A stretch of 64,000 nt of DNA from Planctomycetota bacterium (GCA_038212275.1 JBBQUR010000023.1:1-64000), one strand, 5' to 3'. Positions 18,390 through 32,295 are shown, numbered from the stretch's first letter. The notes: generated by a model not told the origin, from the sequence alone. Numbers and translations: made by a program.

Positions 18390-19103
18390 TCAGGCGTGCG
18401 CGGGGACCTTGGAAGGCGTCGGCACGATGTAGTCGGGGAACTTCGTCGGCGGCGCGCCGTGCACCATCGTGTAGGCGTACTCCACGCCGGCGCCGTACGC
18501 GCCGCAGTGGTTCTTGACGATGTCCATGACCGCGTCGTAGGTGCCCTTGTGCGCCCAGTCGCGCTGCCACTCAAGCATCACCGACAGCGCGGTCACGGGC
18601 TTCGCACCGGCCTGGATCACGCGCTTCATCGCGTTGTCATGCGCGAGCAGGCTCACGTCGCCGCAGCAATCCTCGACGACGTAGATCTCGTAGCCATCGT
18701 GGATGGCCTGGATGGTCGGAAGGGCGACGCAGGTCTCGGTCCACAGTCCCGTGAGCACGATCTTCCTGCGCCCGGTCTTCTCGATCGCCGCGACGAAGTT
18801 GCGGTCGTCCCAGGAGTTCATCGTGGTGCGCTCGATCGGCGCCTGGCGCGGAAACACGGCCTGGATCTGCGGCCACATGTTGCCGGAGAAGCCCTTGGTC
18901 TCCACGGTGGAGAGCACCACGGGCACGTCGAAGACGCGCGCGGCTTTCGTGAGCAGCAGGTTGTTGTTGATGATGGACTGCCGGTCGTGGCTGGCCACGC
19001 CGAACAGCATCTGCGGCTGCAGGTCGATGACGGCCACCACGCAATTGTCGGGCGTGAGCAGTCCCTTCTCGCTGAGCTTCGGTCGCTTGTCGCCGGATGA
19101 CAT
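18390..19103 (-). CDS. ycaC: YcaC-like isochorismatase-family hydrolase
   Basis: VIDLQPQM, ERTTMNSW, GLWTETCV, LEWQRDWA; AGGAG RBS. Confidence 0.88.
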   Translation of the reverse strand: MSSGDKRPKLSEKGLLTPDNCVVAVIDLQPQMLFGVASHDRQSIINNNLLLTKAARVFDVPVVLSTVETKGFSGNMWPQIQAVFPRQAPIERTTMNSWDDRNFVAAIEKTGRRKIVLTGLWTETCVALPTIQAIHDGYEIYVVEDCCGDVSLLAHDNAMKRVIQAGAKPVTALSVMLEWQRDWAHKGTYDAVMDIVKNHCGAYGAGVEYAYTMVHGAPPTKFPDYIVPTPSKVPAHA

Positions 19104-19141
19104 GACGTTCTCCTGATGAGTGTGAAGGAAAGTGAAGGACA

Positions 19142-19897
19142 TCAGACCTGCGCGGAGCCGCCATCCACGAAGAGTTCGGTGCCGGTGATGTAGCTGGCGT
19201 CGTCCGAGGCGAGGAAGACCACGGCCTTCGCGATCTCGTCGGGCGTGCCGGTGCGGCCCATCGGCGTGGTCGCCTCGGCGTGGGCCTTGAGCTTGTCGAT
19301 CTGCGCGTCGCTCAGGCCGAGTTCATTGCGATACCCGGGCGTGACCACCGTGCCGGGGCTCACCTGGTTGATGCGGATCTTGCGCGACTGCAGGTCCCAC
19401 GCGAAGGTCCGCACGAAGGAGCGCAGCGCAGCCTTCGTCGCCGCGTAGACGCCGAAGGCAGGCATGCCCTTGATGGAGACCATCGAGCCGTTGAGCACGA
19501 TGGCCGAGCCGGGTGGCATCAGCGGCAGCGCCTTCTGCACCGTGAAGAGCGTGCCCTTCACGTTGATGCCGAAGTACTTGTCGTAGTGCTCCTCGGTGAT
19601 CTCGCCAAGCGGCATGAAGGTGCCGCCGCCAGCGTTGGCGAAGAGCACGTCGAGACGACCCTTGCTCTTGCCGATGACGGCGAAGAGACGATCGAGGTCG
19701 TCGAGCTTCGAAGAGTCGCAGCGCACTGCCGTCGCCTGCGGGCCCAGCTCCTTCGCCGCCGCGTCCAGCGCATCCTGTCGACGCCCGGTGATGAAGACGT
19801 ACGCGCCCTCGGCGATGAAGCGCCGCGCGGTGGCCAGGCCGAGGCCGCTGCTTCCACCGGTGACGAGCGCCACCTTGCCTGCCAACCTTGACGCCAT
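19142..19897 (-). CDS. Short-chain dehydrogenase/reductase
   Basis: TGGSSGLG, ANAG, YAATK, VDGG. Confidence 0.95.
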   Translation of the reverse strand: MASRLAGKVALVTGGSSGLGLATARRFIAEGAYVFITGRRQDALDAAAKELGPQATAVRCDSSKLDDLDRLFAVIGKSKGRLDVLFANAGGGTFMPLGEITEEHYDKYFGINVKGTLFTVQKALPLMPPGSAIVLNGSMVSIKGMPAFGVYAATKAALRSFVRTFAWDLQSRKIRINQVSPGTVVTPGYRNELGLSDAQIDKLKAHAEATTPMGRTGTPDEIAKAVVFLASDDASYITGTELFVDGGSAQV

Positions 19898-19971
19898 GTG
19901 TCTGCTCCCTGCTCGAGGTGTCGAAGAGTTTCTGAAGTCGGTTCGTCGCGACTGCCGCGCGCACTGCCCTG

Positions 19972-19991
19972 CTGAGCGTGAAGGGTGGACA
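19972..19991 (-). promoter_or_regulatory. Conserved 20-bp motif upstream of the SDR operon (candidate ECF promoter)
   Basis: Minus strand TGTCCACCCTTCACGCTCAG, 17/20 identical to 24240-24259. Confidence 0.55.
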
Positions 19992-20005
19992 GTCGTCCGC
20001 TCTCC

Positions 20006-23428
<3,423 letters not shown>

Positions 23429-23477
23429 GCTGGCTGGCTCCCCGACGCGGCCCGATGCGGCGCGCGACGGCCGTCGT

Positions 23478-24095
23478 CTACATGGCTTCCGAGGCGTTGT
23501 TCGCGGGGCGAAGATCTCCGACCTGCTCCATCAACAGCACGAGGCCGCGATGGAGGCGCCGCTGCACGGTCTTGGGCGAGACCTCCAGCACCTCGGCCGC
23601 CTCGGCGTGCGTCATGCCCTGGATGCGCACGAGGCCGAAGACCTCGCGCTCGGTCTCGGGCAGCCTTTCGATGGCATCGAGCATGCGGCTCATGTTCGGA
23701 CTCGGCCCCTGGACGCTGCTGGCTGACGACGCCGCCGGGGCGTCCACCAGCTCGAGGGCGCGCGGCTGTTCGTCTAAGCGGCGGGCCAGGTCATTCAGCT
23801 CCCAGCGCATGTGCTGATTGGCCAGCGCGAAGAACTGGCGCACGTTGCCGGGCTTCACGGTGCGCATCGCCTTGAGCAGGCGCTCCACCACCGCCGAGAG
23901 CAACTCGTCGTGCTGCAGGTTGAGCGGCGGGCGCGTCAGGCGCGGATAGGCGCGGTAGAGCAGGTTGGCGGACAGTGCGGCCAACCGCGTGGCGGACTGC
24001 GCCAGCAGGGCGCGCACGATCGGCTCGGCGGTCGCATCGCTGGCCAGTTCGTCCAGGTAGCGCTGGACGGCCACGGTCGTGTGTCCTTCATTCAC
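23478..24095 (-). CDS. ECF sigma-70 factor, co-oriented upstream of the kinase
   Basis: [32 protein letters not shown]...[24 protein letters not shown] start at 24095 is inferred. Confidence 0.9.
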   Translation of the reverse strand: MNEGHTTVAVQRYLDELASDATAEPIVRALLAQSATRLAALSANLLYRAYPRLTRPPLNLQHDELLSAVVERLLKAMRTVKPGNVRQFFALANQHMRWELNDLARRLDEQPRALELVDAPAASSASSVQGPSPNMSRMLDAIERLPETEREVFGLVRIQGMTHAEAAEVLEVSPKTVQRRLHRGLVLLMEQVGDLRPANNASEAM

Positions 24096-24239
24096 GACGA
24101 AACGCCTCGGACTCGCGACGGTGTGGCCGTCGCACCACGCACGAGGCGCCGATCGTAATCGACGGCGCGACGGCCGCGCACGCGCACGCGCACCTGATGC
24201 GCGAGTCACCAGATGCGCCGCGAGGTCCCGTCGGCATGG

Positions 24240-24259
24240 TGTCCATCCTTTGCGCTCAG
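24240..24259 (+). promoter_or_regulatory. Conserved 20-bp motif upstream of cpo (candidate ECF promoter)
   Basis: TGTCCATCCTTTGCGCTCAG, inside a GTGTCC...GGACAC inverted repeat (24239-24268). Confidence 0.55.
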
Positions 24260-24378
24260 TGAGGACACACCGTCCGTGGGCCAGACGTGTTGTCCACGAC
24301 GGATTCATCCGCGCCGGAGACCGGACCGGGGCATCGCGCCCGATCCCGTCGCATGGCCTTGTTCCCGGAGGGCAGCTC

Positions 24379-25203
24379 ATGACCACCATCACCACGAAGG
24401 ACGGTACGCAGATCTGGTTCAAGGACTGGGGCAAGGGACCGCCCGTCGTGTTCTCGCACGGCTGGCCTCTGAATGCCGACAGCTGGGAGGACCAGATGCT
24501 CTTCCTGGCCGAGCGCGGCTTCCGCTGCATCGCGCACGACCGGCGCGGCCACGGCCGCAGCAGCCAGCCGTGGCACGGCAACGAGATGGACACTTATGCG
24601 GACGACCTCGCGGCGCTCATGAATGCGCTGGACCTGAAGGGCGCCACGCTCATGGGCTTCTCCACCGGCGGCGGAGAAGTGGCGCGCTACATCGGCCGCC
24701 ACGGCACCGGGCGCGTCGCGAAGGCCGCGCTGATCTCCGCCGTGCCGCCGCTCATGCTGAAGACGCCGGCCAATCCTGGCGGCCTGCCCATCGAGGCCTT
24801 CGACGCCATCCGCGCCGGTTCCCTCGCCGATCGCTCGCAGCAATACCGCGATCTCGCGAGCGGCCCCTTCTACGGCTTCAACCGCCCGGGGAGTAAAGCC
24901 TCGCAGGGAGCCATCGACTCCTTCTGGTCGCAGGGCATGCAGGCCGGTCACAAGAACGCCTACGACTGCATCAAGGCCTTCTCGGAGACCGACTTCACGC
25001 AGGACCTGAAGCGTTTCGACGTGCCGACGCTCGTCATCCACGGCGACGACGACCAGATCGTTCCCATCGATGCCGGCGGGCGTGCGTCCGCGAAGCTCGT
25101 GAAGAATGCGCGCCTCATCGTGTACGCGGGCGCCCCGCACGGGCTCACCACGACGTTCAAGGACCGCGTGAACACCGACCTGCTCGACTTCCTCAGGAGC
25201 TGA
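24379..25203 (+). CDS. cpo: Non-heme chloroperoxidase / arylesterase (alpha/beta hydrolase)
   Basis: [53 protein letters not shown]. Confidence 0.92.
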   Translation: MTTITTKDGTQIWFKDWGKGPPVVFSHGWPLNADSWEDQMLFLAERGFRCIAHDRRGHGRSSQPWHGNEMDTYADDLAALMNALDLKGATLMGFSTGGGEVARYIGRHGTGRVAKAALISAVPPLMLKTPANPGGLPIEAFDAIRAGSLADRSQQYRDLASGPFYGFNRPGSKASQGAIDSFWSQGMQAGHKNAYDCIKAFSETDFTQDLKRFDVPTLVIHGDDDQIVPIDAGGRASAKLVKNARLIVYAGAPHGLTTTFKDRVNTDLLDFLRS

Positions 25204-26164
25204 CGGCGCCGGACGGCGCCGGGTCTCCCAGGGACTCGATCTCCGAGAGCCGGTCCAGCGCCACGCCCATCGGGCCGCCGTCGTCCGGGCGCAGGAGGAT
25301 GCTCGCGAAGCGCGCATTCCAGTCGACCTCGTCGGACTTGTACGAGGAGCGCGAGTGCACAAGCTGCGCCCAGGTCTCGTCGGTGCCCGCGAGGATCACG
25401 AGGAACTCGGCGTCGGCCGCGTGCAGGCGGCGACTGTCCATGCCCGCGAGCGGGCTGCGCGCATCGATGGGGTGCACGATGGTCCAGGTGAGCGGGAAGA
25501 GAGCGACGTGGTCGCGTTCCAGCGGCAGATCGTGGAAGCGACGCACGCTTCGGCCCGCCTCGTCGACCTCCATGAGGCTGAGCAGCACCTGCGCCCGCAG
25601 GTCGAGGAGCTGGCTGCGGCTCGTGTTGACGATGCGGAACTCGAAGGCGGTGATGCCGCGATACGGCGCCACGACGGCCCGGTCGCTGTAGCGGACGCGT
25701 GCGATCGGCCGCGAGAAGCGCGCGAACACGACGCCGGACGAGAGCGCGAACACGAGCAGGCCGCAAAGGGCTTCGAACACCACCAGCAGATTGGCCGACA
25801 GGTTCGCGGGCGCGACGTGGCCGTAGCCGATGGTCGAGAAGGTCTGCACGCTGAAGAAGAAGGCGCGCGCCCAGTGACCGGCGGTGCCCTCCACGGCCGG
25901 ACCGTCCAGTGCGTCGGGCCCGCAGGCCATGTAGGCGCCGGCGAACAGCAGGTTGAGGGCGACGAACATCGCCGCGACGAGAAGCAGGAAGCGCGGCCAG
26001 CTCAGCGTGAGCAGGAGGTGGTAGTCGCCCAGGGAGGTGACCAGCCCGCGCCGTCGCCGCACGACATTGAAGGAGCCGTCATGATTGAGCAGCCGCTGGC
26101 GGCTCTCGCGCGCGACGATGTTGCCGAAGCCGAGATCCCGCGTGTCATCCGTGCCGGAAGTCAT
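25193..26164 (-). CDS. Inward-rectifier K+ channel (KirBac)
   Basis: [14 protein letters not shown] filter, [15 protein letters not shown], two TM helices. Confidence 0.93.
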   Translation of the reverse strand: MTSGTDDTRDLGFGNIVARESRQRLLNHDGSFNVVRRRRGLVTSLGDYHLLLTLSWPRFLLLVAAMFVALNLLFAGAYMACGPDALDGPAVEGTAGHWARAFFFSVQTFSTIGYGHVAPANLSANLLVVFEALCGLLVFALSSGVVFARFSRPIARVRYSDRAVVAPYRGITAFEFRIVNTSRSQLLDLRAQVLLSLMEVDEAGRSVRRFHDLPLERDHVALFPLTWTIVHPIDARSPLAGMDSRRLHAADAEFLVILAGTDETWAQLVHSRSSYKSDEVDWNARFASILLRPDDGGPMGVALDRLSEIESLGDPAPSGAVSS

Positions 26165-26401
26165 GGGGGCGCAGTCTAGCCATCGACCGCAGCCGGACAT
26201 CGCCCGGAAACCCGGGCAACTCAGCTCGCCGATCTCCCCCGCGCGCGCGCGGGAGTGTCGCGCGGGGAGTCGCGGACAGGGAGGTCGGCGTCCCTCCGAG
26301 CCCCGGCGTCATGGCTGCGAGGGCCCGCTGCAGAAGGCCGGGGCGGGCGGTCACGCCCGCCCCGGCTTCACCATCGCGTTGTCCGTCGACGACTCCGTCG
26401 A

Positions 26402-29400
26402 TCAGCGGATCTTCGGAGTCGCGTTGCGCAGGATGTCCGACAGCTCGTTGGGCAGACCCTGCTCGTTCTCGAACAACCTCACGTCGAGATGATCGACCCA
26501 GCCGTCGCCGTTGAGGTCGGCGGCCTTCGTGATCGCGCCGGTGACGCGCAGGTAGGCCTTGCGCTCCAGGTGCTCCGGGTGATCCCCACGCCGGTGCGAG
26601 ACGAGCGGAATGGCGCAGGTGCAAGCCGACGTGGTCAGCCAGTTGGCCACCTGGAAGCCGTAGTCCTCGGCGGCGACCGCACCGTTGTTGCTGAAGTCGG
26701 CATCGCGCGTGCCGTCCCACGGGCAGCTGCCGGATGCGGCAAGGCCGCCGTACTGGGCGATCAGCCACGTGACGTCATTGATGTCGACGTCGCCGTCATT
26801 GTCCGTGTCGCCGCCCTCGAGATCGAGCGTGCCGGTCGCCACGTACTTCGTTCCGCTGATCGTCAGCGGTACCGTGTGCCATTCCGTGTGCTGCTCGTCC
26901 TTCGCGCACAGCATGGTGTATGAGCCGCACGGAATTTCGATGTCGCCCGTGAACAGGCCGGTGCCGTCGAAGGCCAGCGGGATGTCCGTGAAGGCGCACG
27001 TGTTCGTCTGGAACCGGATGCAGCGCATGGAAGCCACATTCACTCCCACGAGCTGCACGCTGACCGTCGCCACATTGGTGGAGGTGACCGTCACGTCGAA
27101 CGACGTCATGCTCGTGTTGCCGCAGTCATCCGTCGCCACGCACGAAACCACCGTCGTACCGACCGGGAAGGTCGAGCCGGACGGCGGGTAGCACGCGACG
27201 GTGGGAATGCTGCAGTTGTCCGTCGCCACGGGCGTTGCAAACGTGACCACGCGACCGCTGCATCCGCCGGCCAGACTGGCGTCGGCGGCCACATTGATGT
27301 TGGCCGACGGGCCGAGCACGGGCGGCGTCGCATCCGCGACCAGCGATCCAGAGTTCATGAGCGAAGTCACCAGCGGCACGCCGACGTAGCTGAGCTCGGA
27401 GTCGAACGCCTGCGTCAGGTCGAAGTCGAGGTCGAACGGCGTGCACTCGTTCGCCACCGTGAAGACCAGCGTGGCGAGCAGACTGTCGGCGATCGTGGAA
27501 CCGGAGAAACTGCTGCCATCCAGACGCAGCTGTCCCGGCACCACGTCAGCCGTCGCGATGGGCTGCAAATGGGACGAGAAGGGGCTGGCGCTGTAGCTGC
27601 TCGAAGCTCCGACGTAGCTCAGCAGCGAGGAATTGTAGGAGAGGAAGGCCTGGTAGCCGGTGGCCGCCGACGCGAGATTGCGCGCGTAGAGCCGCACCTT
27701 GACTTGGACGCCAGGCAGGTTGCAGTCCTGGTCGGACTGGCACGCGTCCGCCTCGAGCAGCAGGCTCGTGCCGTTCGTGGCGACGAGCGTGATCGCGGTG
27801 CGTGCGACTTCCGTCGTGCCATCGTAGGCCGCGAGGAAGTACTCGTAGTGGCCCGGCACGTTCGGGTTCCACGCGTACGGCGCCATGTTCTGATAGAACG
27901 TCGGGCGCCACGAATTCTGGGCGAGGTTGTACGTCGTCAGGTAGCCCGCATACGTCGGGCCATCGCCCGCCTCGACGCCCGCCCCGGTGAGCGTCGCGTT
28001 CGTTCCCATCGAGTGATCCCAGTAGGGCACCGGGCCCACGGGAACCGTGTAGGGGATGATGGTGCCGATGCTGATCGGATCGAAGATCAGGTAGTTCGTG
28101 CCCGGACCCGGGTCGTTGTCCATGCCGATCCTGTAGGTTCGAGCTCCGACGTTGAGCCCCGAGCTCCCGTCGTAGTTGGTGTTGACGGAGAAGTCGAAGT
28201 TCCACTCGGAGTTCGGGAAGGAACCCGTCCCGGAGCCCGTGTTGAACGTGTAGGTCCCGTCGCCATTGCTGTTGAAGATGTTGGACGACGGCTCGCGCAG
28301 CTTGCCGCGCATGCCCAGTTCGACGCCACCTGCACGGGCGACCGTGAACGAACCGTTGGCATTGCCGCCGCCGTAGATCGCGTTGCTGGTCACGTTCTGG
28401 TCGTACGTCGTCGCCGTATTGACGATGATCGTGATGTGCGTGCGTGCGAGTTCCGTGGCGCCGTCATACGCCGCCAGGTAGTACTCGTATCGGCCCGGGA
28501 CGTTCGGGTTCCAGAGGTACGGCGCGGCGTTCTGATAGAACGTCGGCCGCCACGAGTTCTGGGCGAGGTTGTAGGTCGCCAGATTGGTCGCGTAGGTGAC
28601 CGCATCGCCGGCTTCGACGCCCGCGCCGCCCGCCGTGGAGTTGTCGCCCATGGAGTGATCCCAGAAGGGGACCGTCACCGGCGTGCTGTAGGGGATGACC
28701 GAACCGGCACTGATCGGATCGAACACGAGGTAGTTCGCGCCCGGGCCCGGATCGTTGTCCATGCCGATCTTGTACGTGTGGCTTCCGACCTTGAGGCCGG
28801 TGCTGTTGTCGTAGTCGGTGTTGACCGAGAACTCGAAGCTCCACTCGGAGTTCGGGTAGAGGCCGGTGCCTGAGCCCGTATTGAACGTGTAGGTGCCGTC
28901 ACCATTGCTGTTGAAGACGTTTGCAGCCGGATAGCGCAGCTTGCCGCGCATTCCGAGTTCGAGGCCGTTGACTCGCACGGTCGTGAACGAACCGTTGGCG
29001 TTGCCGCTGCCGTAGATCGCGTTGCTGGTCACGTTCTGGTCCCAGCCGGTCACGGGGGTCCCGAAGGTGACGACCGCGTTGCTGAGGTAGGCGCTGGACT
29101 GGAACTGATTGACGTACACGCTGCCGCCGGCGTTGCCGGAGCCGATGCCGAACTGCACGCTCGTGATGACCGCGCCCGGCGCCGTGATGAGTGCGTACAC
29201 GTCGCCAATGGTCTTCGCACCGCTGAAGACCATCGCGTTTCCGACCATGGCGGACAGCGTGACCGGCGTGCCGATGGTGCCGGCACCTGCCTTGCGGTCG
29301 AAGAACCACCACTTTCCGGTCGTGAAATTGATCGTCTCGGTGTGCCACAGGCCGTCTGCCGTGCCCCCGTTCAGATTGCCCGGCTCGTAGATGAGCACCT

Positions 29401-29926
29401 TGTCCCACGCGTTCTCACCGGTCTTCGTCGAGATGCCCGTCGAGCCGAACTCCGCAGTCTTGATGCCGAACTTCAGCGAGGGCGTGACGGAGATCGTTCC
29501 GTTCGCCATCCACGAGAACTTCGCCGTGAATCCTGCTCCGAAGGAGCTGCCCGGGCCATGACCGGTGAGCGTGTCCTTGCGGTGGGAGATCTGGCTCTTG
29601 CCGCTGGCGCTCGCGCCGATCTTCAGGTGAAGCGCAGCAGGCCACGTGCCCGAAGGCACCGTGCCGGGAGCCGTGACGAACGAGATCTGGCTGAAGATGT
29701 CCGCCTCATGCGCGACGAGTCCCGATGCGTTCTCGGGCGCATCGGTCAGCACCATGCTCTTCAGGTTGGTGCCAGCCACTTGAGTTCCCGCACCGTCGGC
29801 ACGCGTGTCGTCCGAGTACCAGCCGTCATCAGCAAGGCTCGTCACGCTCACTTGCGCTTGAAGCGTGAATGCGAGCAGAAGCAGTACGGCTGCAGCATGA
29901 AGAACGGCGGTACAGGCGCGACGCAT
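26402..29926 (-). CDS. Large secreted modular protein: N-domain, two 213-aa repeats, cohesin-like, HYR, dockerin-like
   Basis: Signal peptide; duplicated DQNVTSNAIYG unit; GYQAFLSYNSSLL...LATLVFTV; ATDNCS...PPSGSTFPVGTTVVSCVATDDCGN (HYR); GDTDNDGDVDIND, ADFSNNGAVAAED and ADLNGDGWVDHLD Ca-loops. Confidence 0.85.
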   Translation of the reverse strand: MRRACTAVLHAAAVLLLLAFTLQAQVSVTSLADDGWYSDDTRADGAGTQVAGTNLKSMVLTDAPENASGLVAHEADIFSQISFVTAPGTVPSGTWPAALHLKIGASASGKSQISHRKDTLTGHGPGSSFGAGFTAKFSWMANGTISVTPSLKFGIKTAEFGSTGISTKTGENAWDKVLIYEPGNLNGGTADGLWHTETINFTTGKWWFFDRKAGAGTIGTPVTLSAMVGNAMVFSGAKTIGDVYALITAPGAVITSVQFGIGSGNAGGSVYVNQFQSSAYLSNAVVTFGTPVTGWDQNVTSNAIYGSGNANGSFTTVRVNGLELGMRGKLRYPAANVFNSNGDGTYTFNTGSGTGLYPNSEWSFEFSVNTDYDNSTGLKVGSHTYKIGMDNDPGPGANYLVFDPISAGSVIPYSTPVTVPFWDHSMGDNSTAGGAGVEAGDAVTYATNLATYNLAQNSWRPTFYQNAAPYLWNPNVPGRYEYYLAAYDGATELARTHITIIVNTATTYDQNVTSNAIYGGGNANGSFTVARAGGVELGMRGKLREPSSNIFNSNGDGTYTFNTGSGTGSFPNSEWNFDFSVNTNYDGSSGLNVGARTYRIGMDNDPGPGTNYLIFDPISIGTIIPYTVPVGPVPYWDHSMGTNATLTGAGVEAGDGPTYAGYLTTYNLAQNSWRPTFYQNMAPYAWNPNVPGHYEYFLAAYDGTTEVARTAITLVATNGTSLLLEADACQSDQDCNLPGVQVKVRLYARNLASAATGYQAFLSYNSSLLSYVGASSSYSASPFSSHLQPIATADVVPGQLRLDGSSFSGSTIADSLLATLVFTVANECTPFDLDFDLTQAFDSELSYVGVPLVTSLMNSGSLVADATPPVLGPSANINVAADASLAGGCSGRVVTFATPVATDNCSIPTVACYPPSGSTFPVGTTVVSCVATDDCGNTSMTSFDVTVTSTNVATVSVQLVGVNVASMRCIRFQTNTCAFTDIPLAFDGTGLFTGDIEIPCGSYTMLCAKDEQHTEWHTVPLTISGTKYVATGTLDLEGGDTDNDGDVDINDVTWLIAQYGGLAASGSCPWDGTRDADFSNNGAVAAEDYGFQVANWLTTSACTCAIPLVSHRRGDHPEHLERKAYLRVTGAITKAADLNGDGWVDHLDVRLFENEQGLPNELSDILRNATPKIR
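27779..29044 (-). repeat. Intragenic tandem duplication, period 639 bp (213 aa)
   Basis: Units start at 29044 (WDQNVTSNAIYG) and 28405 (YDQNVTSNAIYG) and share long identical blocks such as FNSNGDGTYTFNTGSGTG and TYNLAQNSWRPTFYQN. Confidence 0.92.
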
Positions 29927-30279
29927 GGTGTATCCCCTCGTGTGTCCGCCGAAATGACTCGGCAGAAATCGTGATCAGGAGGACGCGGAACGATCCGCGA
30001 CCGAATTCCCGGGGCACTCCATATCACTGATCGCGCTTCGCTGTCCACTCGATATCGAGTGAATCTTGCTTCGCTCTCGGCGGAGTCGTCGTCGACGACG
30101 ATTGTGTCGCTGTGCGCGCGTAGCGTGAATACCGTAGTAGATTCAGCCACGCCGCGAGGAGCGTGCAGCGAGACGAGCGAATTGAGTCGTGAACTCCTTG
30201 TCGGACTTCGCGCGGCGTGTTATGAACTCTCGCTCTCTGGCTCCTGCGCGTTGCACACTCCGGCGAAAAGGGAAAAGGC

Positions 30280-31134
30280 ATGCTGATTCTTGCGGCCATT
30301 CTGATTGTCTGCGGCCAGGTCAACCTGCCTCTCACTCCGCCGAGCCAGTTCGCGCCGGCCGGCAGCTTCATCACGGTGGACCTGCACGCCGAGGCAGCCA
30401 TTCCTCAGGCCGTCGCCGCCATCGATGCGATCCTCTCTTGGAACCCCGCTGAGCTGCAGCTCATCACGCCGGTGGCAAGCACGTACCCGTGGTTCATCGC
30501 AGGCTTCCTGCCGGACCCGGACGGAATCAATGCCAACGTGCTGGATGGGACGGCGCTTTACACCGCGCTGGCGCCGCCGGCGACACCGCTGATGCTGCCG
30601 CCGAACATCATTGTGGCGTCGTTCAAGTTCAAGGTGCTCACCGGAGGCAACGTGACCCTGCTGCCGAGCCTCGGCACCTTCGGGAAGACGCGGGTGGTGA
30701 GCACGACCCCCGGCCTCGAAATCACTGGAGTGATTTCCGGCCCGGTGTGCGTAGGCATTCCGGGCACGTGGACGGATCTCGGACTCGGCCTCGCCGGCAC
30801 GGGAGGAATCACGCCGGTGCTCACCGGGGCCGGGCCTCAGGCATGCCAGGCGCTCACGACGATCACGCTCACGAATGCGCTGCCCAATACCGTCGTGTAC
30901 CTTCCCATCGGCGCCTCTTACCTGGGTCTGCCTCTCAAGGGCGGGGTGCTCGTGCCGCAACTTGACCTGATTCTCATCTTCATGACATCCCCCACCGGCG
31001 ACGTCATCCTCAATGCGCCGTGGCCCAACGGCATCCCACCCGGGTTCTCCATTTACTACCAGTGGTGGCTGAAGGACCCGGGCGGGGTCAAGGGTTATGC
31101 CGCTTCCAACGGGTTGAGGAGCACCACGGGCTGA
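30280..31134 (+). CDS. Secreted cohesin-like protein with conserved C-terminal domain
   Basis: GSFITVDL...AAIDAILSWNPAELQL...VASFKFKVL resembles a cohesin; C-terminal WTDLGLGLAG...PLKGGVLVP...QWWLKDPGG..G...SN. Confidence 0.78.
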   Translation: MLILAAILIVCGQVNLPLTPPSQFAPAGSFITVDLHAEAAIPQAVAAIDAILSWNPAELQLITPVASTYPWFIAGFLPDPDGINANVLDGTALYTALAPPATPLMLPPNIIVASFKFKVLTGGNVTLLPSLGTFGKTRVVSTTPGLEITGVISGPVCVGIPGTWTDLGLGLAGTGGITPVLTGAGPQACQALTTITLTNALPNTVVYLPIGASYLGLPLKGGVLVPQLDLILIFMTSPTGDVILNAPWPNGIPPGFSIYYQWWLKDPGGVKGYAASNGLRSTTG

Positions 31135-31260
31135 GCCCGTTCACAGTGCCGTCAGCGAGTGCTTCGGCTGTCGCGGACGACACTCTGAACGATCGTCAGC
31201 GGTTGCTCAGCGTCAGACGGCAGCAGCTCGGCAGAACGGTGCAGAGGAACCCGACCTCGC

Positions 31261-31310
31261 CGCCGTGCGACGCCGTGCGACGCCGTGCAACGCCGTGCGC
31301 AGCCGTGTGC
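31261..31310. repeat. 10-bp tandem repeat (CGCCGTGCGA, ~5 copies)
   Basis: Read directly in the intergenic region. Confidence 0.8.
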
Positions 31311-31503
31311 CGACGAGACACCGCCCAGAACCCGGGCCGGCGTGTCACCGAGCTTCGATCATGCCGCCACGCAGCTTGTCGCCGACTCGCGAACAGGCAG
31401 ATCTCCGCACGCATGGAGCGAGCGCCGCGCAGCATCGAGCGTGCGAAGACACCGGGACGAGGAGTCGGCATGCCGTGCGAGCCACGCCGATTGCGGAGCC
31501 GTG

Positions 31504-32295
31504 TCAGCCACGGCGCGTGGAACCGCGATCCGGATTCGACACCTTTGATGAGCTCGAGGCGCCGCTCGCCTTCGTCGGGCTGTTCGCTCGATGCATCTCG
31601 CTGCCGGCCTGACGCGGTTCACTGCTTGCCTGCTTTGCCGGAATGAGCTTCGGCAGCTCGTGTGCCGCCTCGCCGACACCTGCCGAGCGCGCGACGGAAG
31701 AGTAGACCGTGCCGCGCGCGAGGTTCTCGGCCGCGAAGTCCCAGTTGGCGAGTTCGAAGAACGCCTTCACGTAGGCCGCCTTGTCCTGCTGACGGTCGAG
31801 GTACCAGGCGTGCTCCCAGAGATCGCAGGTGAGCAGAGGCAGGGCTCCGTCCTTCAGCGGAGTCCCGGCATCGTGCGTCGTGAGCACCGCGAGCTTCCCG
31901 TCGGCCGCTGCCACGAGCCAGGCCCAGCCCGAACCGAAGTGCGCGCCGGCAGCCTTGCTGAATTCCGAGGTGAAGGCCTCGATGGAGCCGAAATCCCTGC
32001 CGAGCGCCTTCGCGAGCGCGGCGGACGGACGCGACCCGCCTGCCGGACGCATCGAATGCCAGTAGAACTCGTGATTCCAGGCCTGCGCCGCATGGTTGAA
32101 CAACGAGTCCGAGGCCTCGCGCACGAGGCGCTCCAGGCTCCAGTTCTCCTTGGGCGTGCCTGCAATGGCCTTGTTCACCTTGTCGAGATAGGCCTTGTGG
32201 TGCTTGCCGTGGTGCGTGACCAGGGTGAGCTCCGAAATCTGCGGCGAAAGCGCATCGGCGGCGTAGGGAAGCGGCGGCAGCTGGAAGTTCTTCAT
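31504..32295 (-). CDS. sodB: Fe-type superoxide dismutase with low-complexity C-terminal tail
   Basis: LPPLPY, HHGKHHKAY, FNHAAQAWNHEFYW (Fe-type AAQ), FGSGWAWL, DLWEHAWY. Confidence 0.92.
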   Translation of the reverse strand: MKNFQLPPLPYAADALSPQISELTLVTHHGKHHKAYLDKVNKAIAGTPKENWSLERLVREASDSLFNHAAQAWNHEFYWHSMRPAGGSRPSAALAKALGRDFGSIEAFTSEFSKAAGAHFGSGWAWLVAAADGKLAVLTTHDAGTPLKDGALPLLTCDLWEHAWYLDRQQDKAAYVKAFFELANWDFAAENLARGTVYSSVARSAGVGEAAHELPKLIPAKQASSEPRQAGSEMHRANSPTKASGASSSSKVSNPDRGSTRRG

